A stretch of DNA of 25,929 nucleotides, taken from positions 1 to 25,929 of the forward strand of contig CAYYBU010000001.1 of NCBI GenBank assembly GCA_964469945.1. Reading direction: 5' to 3'. Made by a program: the position numbers and the translations under genes. Shown here in pieces: positions 24,797-25,929 of the stretch. Each line of letters starts with the position of its first letter. Position 1 is the stretch's first letter. Under the pieces are notes generated by a model, which saw only the letters and a program-made list of their open reading frames with translations, made no database searches and had not been told where the DNA came from. The DNA comes from an uncultured Planctomycetaceae bacterium. GTDB taxonomy: Bacteria; Planctomycetota; Planctomycetia; Pirellulales; Thermoguttaceae.

Positions 24797-24897
24797 GGCC
24801 GAAAAATAACTTCCCGATTTGCCCGTACTCGTCACGCTCCGCCGTGAGGAATTGCATCACGACGGAGCGTGACGAGTAGGGAAGTTATTCTTCGGCC
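24797..24897. repeat. Long composite palindrome at the 3' end of the cluster
   Basis: ggccgaa/ttcggcc, aataacttccc/gggaagttatt and 22-bp tactcgtcacgctccgccgtga/tcacgacggagcgtgacgagta nested arms. Confidence 0.85.
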
Positions 24898-25020
24898 GGC
24901 CCTTACAAGAGAAAAAGGGAGAGAGTCGCGATTATCGACGACGGGAAAGAAATGGCCCAAATATGTCAATAAGCGCGCCCGTCCCCCTTCCTCCCCCAAC
25001 CTGCAAAAATCAGTGATGTC

Positions 25021-25314
25021 CCGTACTCCGGTCCCGACGCTTTCCTATACAGCGGTGGGGTCATGCACGACCTAAACAACTTGATACCTTCCAATGCTGG
25101 ATGGACACTTACTTACGCTTTTGACATCAACGACTCGGGGCAAATCGTTGGTATGGGGATAAATCCCCACGGTCAGTAGGACGCATTTCTCCTCAACCCC
25201 GTCCCTGAACCTTCCACTCTTGTCCTATTGGCTGTCGGGGCTGGTGGTCTGATTGGCTACCGTTGGCGAAGGAAGCGGGCGAATGGTTGCCGAGAGCTAC
25301 GCGCCACGTTTTAG
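25021..25314 (+). pseudogene. 3' remnant of a HAF-repeat / PEP-CTERM exported protein gene
   Basis: Frame from 25021: PYSGPDAFLYSGGVMHDLNNLIPSNAGWTLTYAFDINDSGQIVGMGINPHGQ*DAFLLNPVPEPSTLVLLAVGAGGLIGYRWRRKR; in-frame TAG at 25177-25179; upstream stop at 24970 and no 5' part. Confidence 0.85.
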
Positions 25315-25402
25315 GACGCGATCAAAGGGGTCGGGACGCGATCAAAGGGGTCGGAAGTCGTTTCACAAGCGCGATCAAAGGGGTCGGAAGTCGTTTCACA
25401 AG
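25314..25402. repeat. Tandem direct repeats of a GGGGTCGGAAGTCGTTT-type element
   Basis: 20-bp unit twice (25314-25353), 33-bp unit twice (25337-25402); inverted partner aaacgactcccgacc at 25506-25520. Confidence 0.8.
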
Positions 25403-25669
25403 GCCCGCGCACCGATCGGGGGCGTGGCAAGCCATCCCGCCCACGGCTACACAAATCCACCGTGACATGCCCACCAGCGTACCAGAAACGCCCCACGTGT
25501 CAATAAAACGACTCCCGACCGCACTTCAACAGTTCTGAGGCCCTCGCTTGCGCTTCGGGCTCCCATGAGACGCCAAGGACCGGCGAGTCAATAGCTGTAC
25601 TCATCGCGCTCCGCCGCGATGAAAAGGCATCATGGCGGAGCGTGGGAACATGCCAAGCGGGCGTCGCTG

Positions 25670-25929
25670 TCAGCCCTTGGTCGCCCCGGCGAGTTTGACA
25701 CCAAGGGCCTTGAGTTGTTCCGTGCCTTGGCCGTCAGGACGGCCTTGCACCACCACGGGCTCGGCCACTTTCTTGAACTTGAACGTCGTCGCGACCGACT
25801 CGATGCTGGCAATTGCCTTTCCCTTGCCTCCGTGGGTCACGAAGGCTACGTAAGGCTTATCGGTCACCTCATCATGTGTGGGATAGAAGCTGCGGTCGAG
25901 GAAATCCTTAAGCGCACCGCCCATGTAGC
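25670..25929 (-). CDS. Flavodoxin / NAD(P)H-dependent FMN reductase-family protein, 5' end outside the window
   Basis: YMGGALKDFLDRSFYP...KPYVAFVTHGGKG...LKALGVKLA is a flavodoxin-fold C-terminal half; TGA at 25672-25670. Confidence 0.8.
   Translation of the reverse strand, partial: YMGGALKDFLDRSFYPTHDEVTDKPYVAFVTHGGKGKAIASIESVATTFKFKKVAEPVVVQGRPDGQGTEQLKALGVKLAGATKG

Noticed and set aside
25314-25402. Possible CRISPR array
   Set aside because: Repeats are directly adjacent or overlapping with no unique spacers, only 2-3 copies, and no cas genes in the window.
1-25929. tRNA or rRNA genes
   Set aside because: No cloverleaf with T-loop/CCA features or rRNA-like segment noticed; the hairpins are accounted for by repeats and terminators. 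tRNAscan-SE was not run.

Overview
GC-rich bacterial chromosome segment, most likely from a planctomycete (inferred from protein style, a PEP-CTERM remnant and the palindromic repeat families). Three parts: (1) 1-2600, a host operon with a strong sigma70-type promoter, a membrane-anchored coiled-coil protein, a small membrane protein and an orphan mreB (no mreC/mreD); (2) about 2670-24775, a 22 kb all-plus-strand cluster of about 25 phage-derived genes: HTH/Zn-ribbon protein, exported trypsin-like protease, ParB-N protein, ABC-ATPase/GNAT fusion, small and large terminase, lambda-type portal, a 60-aa protein, prohead protease/scaffold, cement protein, major capsid, collagen-like fibre, head-tail joining proteins, a minimal non-contractile tail module and three glycosyltransferases; (3) 24800-25929, repeats, a PEP-CTERM pseudogene fragment and the 3' part of a flavodoxin-like gene. 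I found no integrase, att site, repressor, replication gene, holin/endolysin, sheath or long tape measure in the cluster. Many gene junctions carry host REP/MITE-like palindromes, so it looks like a domesticated, gene-transfer-agent-like element rather than a recent prophage. The most distinctive sequence signal is a twice-occurring leader motif (GGTAT-N4/5-AGAGCCTG-hairpin-CAGGTATCT-N4-GAGCCC...terminator). One copy opens the cluster and the other precedes the capsid genes, directly after a leaderless 60-aa ORF, suggesting an antitermination/attenuation switch. All family assignments come from motif recognition by eye; no database searches were run.
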